Below are positions 1 to 7,789 of a stretch of DNA of 30,229 nt, in pieces (within the stretch, counting starts at the first letter, position 1; every line of letters begins with the position of its first letter). Both the position numbers and the translations under genes were made by a program. The DNA lies in the NCBI GenBank assembly GCA_032128115.1, contig JAQBHB010000067.1:1-30229 (forward strand). The letters run 5' to 3'. The notes under the pieces are model-generated. The model saw nothing but the letters and a program-made list of their open reading frames with translations, had not been told where the DNA came from and searched no databases. This DNA is from Deltaproteobacteria bacterium (lineage in GTDB: Bacteria; Myxococcota_A; UBA9160; SMWR01).

Positions 1-85
1 GGGACGGGGTTGACTATTGACTTTTTCAGAGAGGCGAAGCCAGTGCCAACGCGGGAGCGAAAAAGTCAATAGTCAACCCCGTCCC
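1..85. repeat. Perfect 27-bp inverted repeat with a 31-nt spacer (REP/REPIN- or MITE-like; the left arm may extend past the window edge)
   Basis: GGGACGGGGTTGACTATTGACTTTTTC (1-27) is the exact reverse complement of 59-85. It is AT-richer than its surroundings and intergenic. Confidence 0.85.
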
Positions 86-128
86 CGCCTAGTCCCCGCC
101 TAGTCCGTCCCCGCCTAGTCCCCGCCTA
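81..128. repeat. Four copies of the 11-mer GTCCCCGCCTA
   Basis: Copies at 81-91, 92-102, 107-117 and 118-128, with a partial GTCC at 103-106. The last copy contains the TAG stop of the VWA gene. Confidence 0.9.
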
Positions 129-2150
129 TTCCGGGTCGACGCCGAGTTCCAGATCCTTGCGCTGCTGCTCGGCGCGCTCGCGGGCCGCGGCGCGTTCGCG
201 CTCGATCTCCAGCGCCAGGTCCCTTCGCATGGCCTCGGCCTGTGCGGCTTCGATCTCGGCGCGAGAGCGCTTGGCTTCCAGCAGGCACTGCTCCAACAGG
301 TGGTTGCGCCGCGCCGCCAGCTCGGCCGGCACCGGAGCGAGCGGGACCGACTCGCCGAGCCGCACCTTCAGCGACGCCCGCGCCTCGGCGCCATCGGCGG
401 CTCGCGCCACGATCTCCAGGCGGTTGCTGCCCGTTTTCGCGGGCACGAAGCCGGCCCAGGTGCCGTCGGCGGTGGTGCGCAGGGTGGTGGCGTGCTGTCC
501 GGTGCTCGCGTTGCGCAGGCTCACCGATTCCACGTTGGCGAAGCTCACGCGCTCCACGGCCGCCTTTAGACTTCCCGGGTGGCGCACCGGGGTGAAGAAG
601 CCACCCGTGCGCTGCGCCATCTCCATGGCCGCGATGGGTCCTTCCAGGGCCTCGGAGCCGATGGCGAACGAGTGCACGCGCACGCGATCCAGCCGCGAAC
701 GGTCGGCCGCGCGCAGCACCGCGCGCACGTTGTCGGCCTCGAAGCCCGGGTGGGGCAGGGTGGGCTTCCCATCCGTGAAGAAGAATACGATCTTCTCGCT
801 GTCCGGATCCGGATCCGAGCGCGCACCGTTCCCCCCCGACAACTCGAGGGTGGCCAGATCCAGACCGGCGGCCATGTCGGTGGCGCCAGCCGGTGCCCGG
901 CTCTGGATGTTGCCGAGTGCCCGGTCGACGCGGCCATGGTCGGACGTGAGCGGTTCGCGCACCACGGCCGAGGGGCCGGCGCCCCGCAGCCAGCCGGGGA
1001 TCGCGCTCGGGGTGTCGCCGGCGAACGTGATCACGGCGACACGCGTACTGCGGGGGTCGAGCCCGAACAGCAGCTGGCGAGAGGCCGCCACCTCGGCGGC
1101 CAGCACCGAGTCGTCCGGGTCGGTGATGCCGTCGAAGAAGAGCGACCCGATGGGTCCCAGGCGCGGGCGGCCGACGGTGCCGTCGCCGTCTATATCGGCG
1201 CCGCTGGCCTCGCGTGTGGATTCCGACGTGTCGATTACGAGCGCCACGTCGAATCGGGCCTGGGCCAGCTCGTGGGCCAGGGCGCGCCCCGCGACAAATA
1301 CACCGCAGCCCGAGTCCTCGACGCCTGAATCCCAGCTCGGGTACTCGACGCTGAGCCGAATCTCGGTAGGGGGCGGCGGCACCGGTTCCTCGCGGGGCTC
1401 GAGGGTCACGGTCGGCGAGTCCGGGAGTGCGCCTGCGTCCACCAGGTGCTCGAAGCTGCGCCCATTCCCACCGGCCAGGGGGCGGCCGAGGGCGGCGAGC
1501 AGCCCGTCCAGGGGCGCCACGGCCAGGCGCGAGGTGGCGCCGCGCCGCCAGCGCGCCTGGAGCATCCCCACCACGCGACCATCGCGGGTCACCACCGGAG
1601 CTCCGCCCCAGCCCTCCAGGTCCGGGGCGCCATCAACCTCGACCTCGATCTCCGCGGATCCGGCGCGCGCGATCCGGCCGCGCAGCGTCCGGGGCTCGTC
1701 TCGCTTGCGATCGAGCCCCAGCACCTGCACCTCGGTGCCCGCCGGTAGCTCCGGATCGCGCGCCAGTTCCAACAGGCGCACGCCCTGCGGCGCGGCCTCC
1801 AGGGCGAAGATCAGGAAGTCGTCGCGAAGGTGGGCGCCCGGCGAATCGAAGGCCCGGCCCGGCGAGGCCAACAGGCCGCGCGAGGAAGCCAGCGGTTCCC
1901 CGGATCTGCCGGCGCGGAACTCGACCCGTTGCGAGCGGGCGAAATCCGTGAGCTCGAAGGTGTGTGCGGTGCCGACCGCCGCCGCGCCGGCGGGTACCCT
2001 GGCGGAAACGAAGAATACGACTCCGCGCTCGACCCTCTTGCCTTCGAGTTCGAGGGTCGGACGCGCAACCGCGAATTCCTCGGCGGCGGCACCCGGTGCC
2101 GCGCCGAGGCCGAGCGCGAGGGTCAGGCCGACGAGCCGGAATCCAGCCAC
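126..2150 (-). CDS. Secreted VWA-domain protein with an N-terminal trypsin-like (probably inactive) domain and a C-terminal coiled coil
   Basis: Likely GTG start at 2150, followed by the signal peptide VAGFRLVGLTLALGLGAAPGAAA. Trypsin-like motifs GTAH, DDFLIF and GWGGAPVV. VWA MIDAS motifs VIDTSES, TDMAAGL and FFTDG. E/R/A-rich C-terminus. The ORF-track extension to 2411 lies inside larA. Confidence 0.8.
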   Translation of the reverse strand: MAGFRLVGLTLALGLGAAPGAAAEEFAVARPTLELEGKRVERGVVFFVSARVPAGAAAVGTAHTFELTDFARSQRVEFRAGRSGEPLASSRGLLASPGRAFDSPGAHLRDDFLIFALEAAPQGVRLLELARDPELPAGTEVQVLGLDRKRDEPRTLRGRIARAGSAEIEVEVDGAPDLEGWGGAPVVTRDGRVVGMLQARWRRGATSRLAVAPLDGLLAALGRPLAGGNGRSFEHLVDAGALPDSPTVTLEPREEPVPPPPTEIRLSVEYPSWDSGVEDSGCGVFVAGRALAHELAQARFDVALVIDTSESTREASGADIDGDGTVGRPRLGPIGSLFFDGITDPDDSVLAAEVAASRQLLFGLDPRSTRVAVITFAGDTPSAIPGWLRGAGPSAVVREPLTSDHGRVDRALGNIQSRAPAGATDMAAGLDLATLELSGGNGARSDPDPDSEKIVFFFTDGKPTLPHPGFEADNVRAVLRAADRSRLDRVRVHSFAIGSEALEGPIAAMEMAQRTGGFFTPVRHPGSLKAAVERVSFANVESVSLRNASTGQHATTLRTTADGTWAGFVPAKTGSNRLEIVARAADGAEARASLKVRLGESVPLAPVPAELAARRNHLLEQCLLEAKRSRAEIEAAQAEAMRRDLALEIERERAAARERAEQQRKDLELGVDPE

Positions 2151-3469
2151 TGGGTCTCGAGATCGTCGCGCAGGATGGGTCCTCCCAACGGCCGCATCTC
2201 CCCGCGCACGCTCGCGATCAGATACGGACCCTGGGGCAGCACGGCGATGCGGGCGTCGGCGCCACACTGGTCCAGGGCTCGTCGTACGCCCGCTTCGGGC
2301 GAGGGGACGCGCTCCACCAGGAGTTCGCGGTCCGTCCGGTCGGCCACGCCGTCGCTGTAGAGCAGCACCCGCGCGCGGCGGTGGGCCTGGCACAGGTGCT
2401 GCACCATCCACTGGTCGATGGCGAAGAAATCATCGTCGCGCAGCTTCCGCTCGAATCCCATCGGGCTCCCACATTCGCGCAGCAGCGCTTCGAAGGAAGC
2501 GCTGCCCACACCCTCGGAAAGCGACGCACACAACAGGATGAACCCCCCGGGCCTGACGATACCGGAAGCGGTCGCGATGCCCTTGATGGCCTGGTAGTAG
2601 GTGGCATCCAGCGGGTGGCCGGCCCCAGACACCACCACCAGGTCTGCCGGCGCGTCGATCTGCACATGGGTCTGGTCCGCCACGGAGGTCATACCCGCAG
2701 CGTGGGCCTGCTCCACATCGCCGCAGAACACGCCCGTGATGCGACGCTCCCGGTCGAGGGCCACGTTCACCAGGAAATCGGCGCCTGCCCGTCGCATGGC
2801 GTCGACCAGATCCGCGTGCAGGGGATTGCCCTCCACGATTCCCGGGCCGATCCGGCCTTCCAACAGATCCGGGCCGTGGGCCACCCGGAGTGTGGCTGCG
2901 GCGGCCAGTCCCGGACACACGGCCTTGCGTCCGCCTGAATAGCCGGCCATCAGGTGGGGCTCGATCAGTCCGGTCAGGATGCGCAGATCGCGCTCCAGAT
3001 AGAAGCGATCGATCCAGATCGGGATTCCGCCCGGCGTGTCGCCCAGGTGGGTGTGGGCTTCCAGGTCGCGCGCGTCGTGTTGGCGGATCGCGAAGCTGCG
3101 TGCGATTTCGCTTCCCAGCATCTCGCGCAGCTCGTCGTTCGTGCTCGGCCGATGCAGTCCCGTGGCCACCTGCAACGTCACCGCCTCGCGGGGCAGGCCC
3201 GCATCGTCCAAGGCGTCGAGAATCGGCGGCAGCAGCAGGGCGTTGGGTACGGGTCGCGTGTGGTCCGAGACCACGATCACCGCATCGCGGCGCCCGCGCG
3301 CCAGCTGACGCAGCGGGGCGGAGGCGATGGGGTGCGCGAGGGCGCGGCGAAGTGCGCCGTCTGGACTGTGAATCGGCGACACGTCGCGCCTCTCGAGCAC
3401 ATCGACCCGGCGATCGTCGGGCAGTTCGACGTGGAGGGTCGCGCGGCCATAGGCGAGCGGAACCCGCAT
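2123..3469 (-). CDS. larA: Nickel-pincer-dependent lactate racemase family protein (LarA homologue)
   Basis: Motifs SDHTRPVP, ATGLHR, IEPHLMAGYSGGRK, a His 16 residues after that Lys, and YYQAIK. Start at ATG 3469 (MRVPLAYG). Confidence 0.9.
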   Translation of the reverse strand: MRVPLAYGRATLHVELPDDRRVDVLERRDVSPIHSPDGALRRALAHPIASAPLRQLARGRRDAVIVVSDHTRPVPNALLLPPILDALDDAGLPREAVTLQVATGLHRPSTNDELREMLGSEIARSFAIRQHDARDLEAHTHLGDTPGGIPIWIDRFYLERDLRILTGLIEPHLMAGYSGGRKAVCPGLAAAATLRVAHGPDLLEGRIGPGIVEGNPLHADLVDAMRRAGADFLVNVALDRERRITGVFCGDVEQAHAAGMTSVADQTHVQIDAPADLVVVSGAGHPLDATYYQAIKGIATASGIVRPGGFILLCASLSEGVGSASFEALLRECGSPMGFERKLRDDDFFAIDQWMVQHLCQAHRRARVLLYSDGVADRTDRELLVERVPSPEAGVRRALDQCGADARIAVLPQGPYLIASVRGEMRPLGGPILRDDLETQWLDSGSSA

Positions 3470-3476
3470 GCCGATC

Positions 3477-3506
3477 ACGGTATCTCCGGCACGCCGGGGC
3501 CGTCAA
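3477..3506 (-). promoter_or_regulatory. Sigma70-like promoter of larA (probably leaderless)
   Basis: TTGACG-N18-TACCGT on the minus strand; the -10 ends 7 nt before the ATG. Confidence 0.55.
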
Positions 3507-3559
3507 ACTCGGCGGCTTGCAAGACCCCGTGTTACCGTCCGATCGCGGGGGAGCATCGG

Positions 3560-4399
3560 GTGCAGTGGCTGAGCCGAGGCGTGAGACGAACGGGCCTGGT
3601 GGCGGCGGCAGCGACCGGCGCGATCGCACTGGGCGCCGCCGGCACTTCCGGTTCGTCGCCGGCTCCGCCGGGCGCGGATCGCTTCGACACGGTGGTGATC
3701 GATGCGGGGCACGGCGGGGAGGACATGGGTGCCCGCGGCGCCGATGGCACGCTGGAAAAGGAGCTGGCGCTCGACGTGGCCCGCCGCCTGTCGAAGATGC
3801 TCCGGAGCCGGGAGCTGCAGGTGGTGATGACCCGCGACGGCGACCAGCTGGTGCCACTCGAGACCCGCATGGCCATTGCCAACGACGCGCGTGGCGATCT
3901 GTTCGTTTCGATTCACGCGAATGCGTCCAGCGACGCGCGGATCCGGGGCAGCGAGATCTTCTACCGGGCCTCGCGGGCCAGCGACGAGGCGGCGGCCCAG
4001 GTGGCTGATCGCGAGAACGCCGCATTCGGTGATCGCAGCGCGGCCCGGGACCTGTCGCGAGACCCGGTGCTCGACGTGATCGGGGACATGATCACGAACG
4101 AGTACAAGAGCGAGTCGAGCGTGTTTGCGAAGATGGCCGAGCAGCGGCTTCGCGGAATCCGGTCGACGTCGTCGCGGGGAGTGAAGCAGGCTCCGTTCGT
4201 CGTGCTCACGGACGTGCAGATGCCCTCGATCCTGGTGGAGGTCGGGTTCATCACGAACAGCGAGGACGTCGCGATGCTGCGCACCGACGGCACACGCGAC
4301 GAGATCTCGAGGGCCATCGCGGACGCGGTGATAGAGTTCGCGCGACGCCACGATTTCAAGCGCGGGCTGGGTGCGGCGATGCCGGGGCCTGGGCATTGA
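3560..4399 (+). CDS. N-acetylmuramoyl-L-alanine amidase (Amidase_3), no AMIN domain evident
   Basis: Motifs VVIDAGHGG, EK, FVSIHAN and SILVEVGFITN. GTG at 3560 follows GGGGAG. N-terminal hydrophobic signal with an RR pair. Extended -10 TGTTACCGT at 3530-3538. Confidence 0.92.
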   Translation: MQWLSRGVRRTGLVAAAATGAIALGAAGTSGSSPAPPGADRFDTVVIDAGHGGEDMGARGADGTLEKELALDVARRLSKMLRSRELQVVMTRDGDQLVPLETRMAIANDARGDLFVSIHANASSDARIRGSEIFYRASRASDEAAAQVADRENAAFGDRSAARDLSRDPVLDVIGDMITNEYKSESSVFAKMAEQRLRGIRSTSSRGVKQAPFVVLTDVQMPSILVEVGFITNSEDVAMLRTDGTRDEISRAIADAVIEFARRHDFKRGLGAAMPGPGH

Positions 4400-4435
4400 G
4401 AGGGAATTGCGGGCAGTGCCACGTGGGAGGATTTC

Positions 4436-5167
4436 ATGCGAGCTGATGGTCGGTCCGTGGACGAGCTGCGCACGTTGCGCCTGGTGCCAAACTTCACCGA
4501 GAATCCCCTGGGCTCGGTGCTGTGCCAGGTGGGTCGCACCATGGTGTTGTGCACAGTGAACGAGGATCTCTCGGTTCCCCGCTTCCTCAAGTCGACGGGT
4601 CGCGGCTGGATCACCGCCGAGTACTCGATGCTTCCCGGCTCCACCAACCCGCGCAGCGATCGCGAGGCCGCCCGTGGGCGGCCGTCCGGGCGCACCCAGG
4701 AGATCCAGCGCCTGATCGGTCGCAGCTTGCGGGCCATCGTCGATCTCTCGGCGCTGGGCGAACGCACCCTGTGGGTGGACTGCGACGTGCTGCAGGCGGA
4801 CGGCGGCACGCGCTGCGCCTCGATCACCGGCGCCTACACGGCCCTGGCCCTGTCCATCGACCGCCTGGTGCGGCGCGGCGACCTGCCGCGCAGCCCCCTG
4901 CGCGATTCGGTGGCCGCGATCTCGGCGGGCATCGTCGGGGGGACGGCCATGCTCGACCTGCCCTACGAAGAGGACTCCCGCGCGGACGTGGACCTCAACG
5001 TGGTCGCCACGGGTCGCGGCCGCTTCGTCGAGGTCCAGGGGACCGGCGAGGAGGCCACGTTCTCGAGCGATCAGCTGGGCGAGCTGACGGGGCTCGCGCT
5101 TCGCGGCATCGCCGAACTGACCAAGGCCCAGGAGCAGCTGCTCGCGGGGGCCGACACCGGAACATGA
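4436..5167 (+). CDS. rph: Ribonuclease PH
   Basis: MRADGR, GWITAEYSMLP, GRTQEIQRLIGRSLR, DCDVLQADGGTRCASITG, EVQGTGE. Confidence 0.98.
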   Translation: MRADGRSVDELRTLRLVPNFTENPLGSVLCQVGRTMVLCTVNEDLSVPRFLKSTGRGWITAEYSMLPGSTNPRSDREAARGRPSGRTQEIQRLIGRSLRAIVDLSALGERTLWVDCDVLQADGGTRCASITGAYTALALSIDRLVRRGDLPRSPLRDSVAAISAGIVGGTAMLDLPYEEDSRADVDLNVVATGRGRFVEVQGTGEEATFSSDQLGELTGLALRGIAELTKAQEQLLAGADTGT

Positions 5168-5829
5168 GCGACCCGGCCGCGGAGTTGCGCCAGATCGTGG
5201 TGGCCACCTCGAATCCCGGCAAGTTGCGAGAGATCCGCCAGATCCTGGCCGAGGCACCGCTGCTGCTCTGCGCCCTCGACGCGTACCCCGCCGTCTCGAT
5301 GCCAGACGAGGGCGACGACTACCTGGAGAACGCGCGCAGGAAGGCCCAGGTGGTGGCCGCAGCCACCGGCCGAAGCGCGTTTGGCGACGACTCAGGCCTG
5401 GAGGTTTCGGGCCTGGAGGGTGCGCCGGGTCCGCGCTCGGCGCGCTTCGGCGGTCCCGGGCTTGACGACGTGGGCCGCACCGCGGCGTTGTTGGAGGCCA
5501 TGCGCGGCCTCACCGGCGGCGACCGCGTGGCACGCTTCGTTTGTGTGGCGGCGCTCGCATCACCCGATGGTCAGGTGTGGACTGCGCGGGGCGAGTGCCG
5601 CGGCCGCATCCTCACCTCGCCTCGCGGCCGGGGCGGCTTCGGTTACGACCCGATCTTCCAGCTGGAAGGGCGCGACGCCGCCATGGCGGAACTCGAGGAG
5701 AGCGAGAAGAACCGGATCTCGCATCGGGCTCGCGCCTTCCTGGCGCTGTCCGAGATCGCGGGTCTGGAAGGGATCAGTTGTCGAGGGCCCGGGCCAGGTG
5801 GCGACGGGCTCGGAAGGCCCGGCTCTTGA
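5164..5829 (+). CDS. rdgB: Non-canonical purine NTP pyrophosphatase (RdgB/HAM1)
   Basis: ATGA overlap with the rph stop. Motifs ATSNPGK, DDSGLEV, GFGYDPIF and KNRISHR. Confidence 0.96.
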   Translation: MSDPAAELRQIVVATSNPGKLREIRQILAEAPLLLCALDAYPAVSMPDEGDDYLENARRKAQVVAAATGRSAFGDDSGLEVSGLEGAPGPRSARFGGPGLDDVGRTAALLEAMRGLTGGDRVARFVCVAALASPDGQVWTARGECRGRILTSPRGRGGFGYDPIFQLEGRDAAMAELEESEKNRISHRARAFLALSEIAGLEGISCRGPGPGGDGLGRPGS

Positions 5830-6397
5830 CGGCGGCCGTGTGGACGCCGGCGTCGGCGGCGTACTCGGCATAGCTGAGGCCGGCCAGGGCGCAGCGCTCG
5901 ATCACCTCGCGCTCCTCCCGGCACAGCTCTGCGATGGCCTGGCGGAGCCGCGACACCTGTCGCTGGTGATCCAGCAGTTCCGGGGCGGACGGGGTGGGGT
6001 CGGCGATCGTCTCGATGTCGCCGTGGCCCGACTCGGGTTGAACGTCGGATCGCCGGCGTTCGGAGCGAAGCCACATGAGCGCTTCGTTGGCCACGATCCG
6101 GTGTATCCAGGTCGATACCCGCGCGTTGCCCTGAAATCGCCAGCCGTGGCGCACCACCTTTTCGAAAGCATTCTGCACCACATCCCGGGCCCGCTCCGGA
6201 TCTCGGGTGAAGCGAAACGCCACCGCCGTCAGCCTCGGCTCCAGGTCCACCAACAGGGCCCCCAGGCGTTCCGGATCGTCATGGGGCAGGAGATGGCCCG
6301 GCCGCGCGCGGATCGGATGCGTGTCTGCGCTGTGGTATTCCAGGGCCTGCGCGTGTCCGGCGGGCGCCTGCTCGTGTTTCGGGTTCTTCGCCACCAT
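5774..6397 (-). CDS. ECF RNA polymerase sigma factor (orphan, no adjacent anti-sigma)
   Basis: Region 2: DVVQNAF...FQGNARVSTWIHRIVAN. Region 4: GLSYAE...AVKSRAFRAR. Confidence 0.9.
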   Translation of the reverse strand: MVAKNPKHEQAPAGHAQALEYHSADTHPIRARPGHLLPHDDPERLGALLVDLEPRLTAVAFRFTRDPERARDVVQNAFEKVVRHGWRFQGNARVSTWIHRIVANEALMWLRSERRRSDVQPESGHGDIETIADPTPSAPELLDHQRQVSRLRQAIAELCREEREVIERCALAGLSYAEYAADAGVHTAAVKSRAFRARRHLARALDN

Positions 6398-6408
6398 CGA
6401 CTGTGGTG

Positions 6409-6434
6409 TACGATCGCCAAGCGGCGGTGGTTAC
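6409..6434 (-). promoter_or_regulatory. ECF-type promoter GTAACC-N16-CGTA for the orphan ECF gene
   Basis: Minus strand GTAACC (6434-6429), 16 nt, CGTA (6412-6409), ending 11 nt upstream of ATG 6397. Confidence 0.7.
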
Positions 6435-6447
6435 AGGGGTTGCACCG

Positions 6448-6473
6448 GTAACCGCCCACCGCCTACGGACGTA
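6448..6473 (+). promoter_or_regulatory. ECF-type promoter GTAACC-N16-CGTA for the sigma/NrsF operon
   Basis: GTAACC 6448-6453, 16 nt, CGTA 6470-6473. It resembles the GTAACC-N16-CGAA motif described for Caulobacter SigF. Confidence 0.7.
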
Positions 6474-7048
6474 TGCACGAAGGTCGAACCCGAAACGAGG
6501 CACGCGAGCTGCGCTGGCGCGCCTGGATGATCGCCGCCCAGTCGGGCGACGCTGCCGCGTATGAGAAGCTGCTGCACGAGCTGCTGCCCTACCTGCGGCG
6601 CTTCGTGCAACGACGTCTGGGAGATTCCAGCGTGTGGGAGGATGTGGTCCAGAACGTCTTCGTCTCGGCGCACCGGGCCCGTCACACCTATCGACCCGAG
6701 CGCCCCTTCGGGCCCTGGCTTCACGCGGTGGCACGCAACGCCGTGATCGACCAGGTGCGCGTGCGGTCGCGGCAGTCCCGGCGCGAGACCCCTCTCGAGG
6801 CCGAGGGCGTTCCCGAGCCCGTTGCCGCGCCCGTGCGCGACACGCACGAGCGCCTGTCGAAGGAGATGGTGAGAGCCCTCGACGCGCTTCCGGCGAGCCA
6901 GCGCGAGGCCGTGGAGCTGATCCACGTGGAGGGCCTGTCGGTGGCGGAGGCGGCCGCCTGGGTGGGCATCACCCGGAGCGCCCTCAAGGTTCGCGCTCAT
7001 CGCGGCTACCGCGCCCTGCGCTTGCTTCTTGGAGGTGAGCCCACGTGA
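6473..7048 (+). CDS. ECF sigma factor, SigF/EcfF type (paired with NrsF); true start may be ATG 6527
   Basis: MIAAQSGDAAAYEKLL, HRARHTYRPERPFGPWLHAVARN, GLSVAEAA...ALKVRAHRG. Directly followed by an NrsF-like gene. Confidence 0.92.
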   Translation: MHEGRTRNEARELRWRAWMIAAQSGDAAAYEKLLHELLPYLRRFVQRRLGDSSVWEDVVQNVFVSAHRARHTYRPERPFGPWLHAVARNAVIDQVRVRSRQSRRETPLEAEGVPEPVAAPVRDTHERLSKEMVRALDALPASQREAVELIHVEGLSVAEAAAWVGITRSALKVRAHRGYRALRLLLGGEPT

Positions 7049-7095
7049 GTCTTGGAGGCGAGCCCACGTGAGTCCTGGAGGTGAGGCCACGTGAG
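7027..7095 (+). repeat. Three tandem 23-bp units TC(T/C)TGGAGG(T/C)GAG(C/G)CCACGTGAG at the sigma/anti-sigma junction
   Basis: Units at 7027-7049, 7050-7072 and 7073-7095, each carrying GGAGG and a GTGA start/stop overlap. Confidence 0.95.
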
Positions 7096-7789
7096 CGGCA
7101 GAACGGAGCCGTTGCTGAACGAGTTGGTGCGCGACCTGAAGCCCGTGCACCGGATCCCGACGCTCCGCACGATCGGGGTCGGGGTCGTCGCTGCGTGGCT
7201 GGTGTCGATCGCGATCGAGTGGGCCGTCCGCGGACACGCGCCGGAGTTCGGACCGGTCGCTCTGTGGGGCGATCCCGGCTTCCTGGTGGTGTTGGCGGGC
7301 CTCGGGGTTGCCGCCGTGGGCGCCAGCCTGGGCGCCCTGGCGGGCGCCGTGCCGGGTCGCGAAGACGAGGCGCGTCTGGCCCTGGGATCGGGCCTGGTGG
7401 GGCTCGCGCTGGCGTGTGCCGGTGGCGTCGGGACACTCCTGGCGGGTGGGTCGGCGAACGCATCGTTGGCCTTCGGGGACAGCGTCTCGTGCCTGGTTCG
7501 CGCCAGCCTGCTGGGGCTTGCGCCGGCGATCATCGCCTGGGCCTTTCTCTCCCACACCTGCACCCGAAGGCCCTACACCGGGGCGGGTGCGTCCGCCCTG
7601 GGCGCCGTGGCTCTCGGCGCAATCCTGGTGCACGCCACCTGTCGCGCCGAAAACCCCATCCACATGCTCCTCGGCCACTCCCTGGCCCCGGTGTGGGTGG
7701 CCCTGGCCGTGACCCTGCCTCTGGGCTTTGCGATCGGTCGCCTGGGCCGGCTCGCCCCGCGCCGCCAGTCCCCCCATCTCCCGTCCTAA
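7091..7789 (+). CDS. nrsF: NrsF/DUF1109-family membrane anti-sigma factor
   Basis: N-terminus RTEPLLNELVRDLKPV, about 6 hydrophobic segments, Cys in SVSCLV and HATCRAE. Lies downstream of the SigF-type ECF. Confidence 0.8.
   Translation: MSGRTEPLLNELVRDLKPVHRIPTLRTIGVGVVAAWLVSIAIEWAVRGHAPEFGPVALWGDPGFLVVLAGLGVAAVGASLGALAGAVPGREDEARLALGSGLVGLALACAGGVGTLLAGGSANASLAFGDSVSCLVRASLLGLAPAIIAWAFLSHTCTRRPYTGAGASALGAVALGAILVHATCRAENPIHMLLGHSLAPVWVALAVTLPLGFAIGRLGRLAPRRQSPHLPS

Noticed and set aside
7027..7095. Possible mini-CRISPR array (also considered for 81-128 and 17615-17680)
   Set aside because: The units are directly adjacent with no unique spacers, and there are no cas genes.
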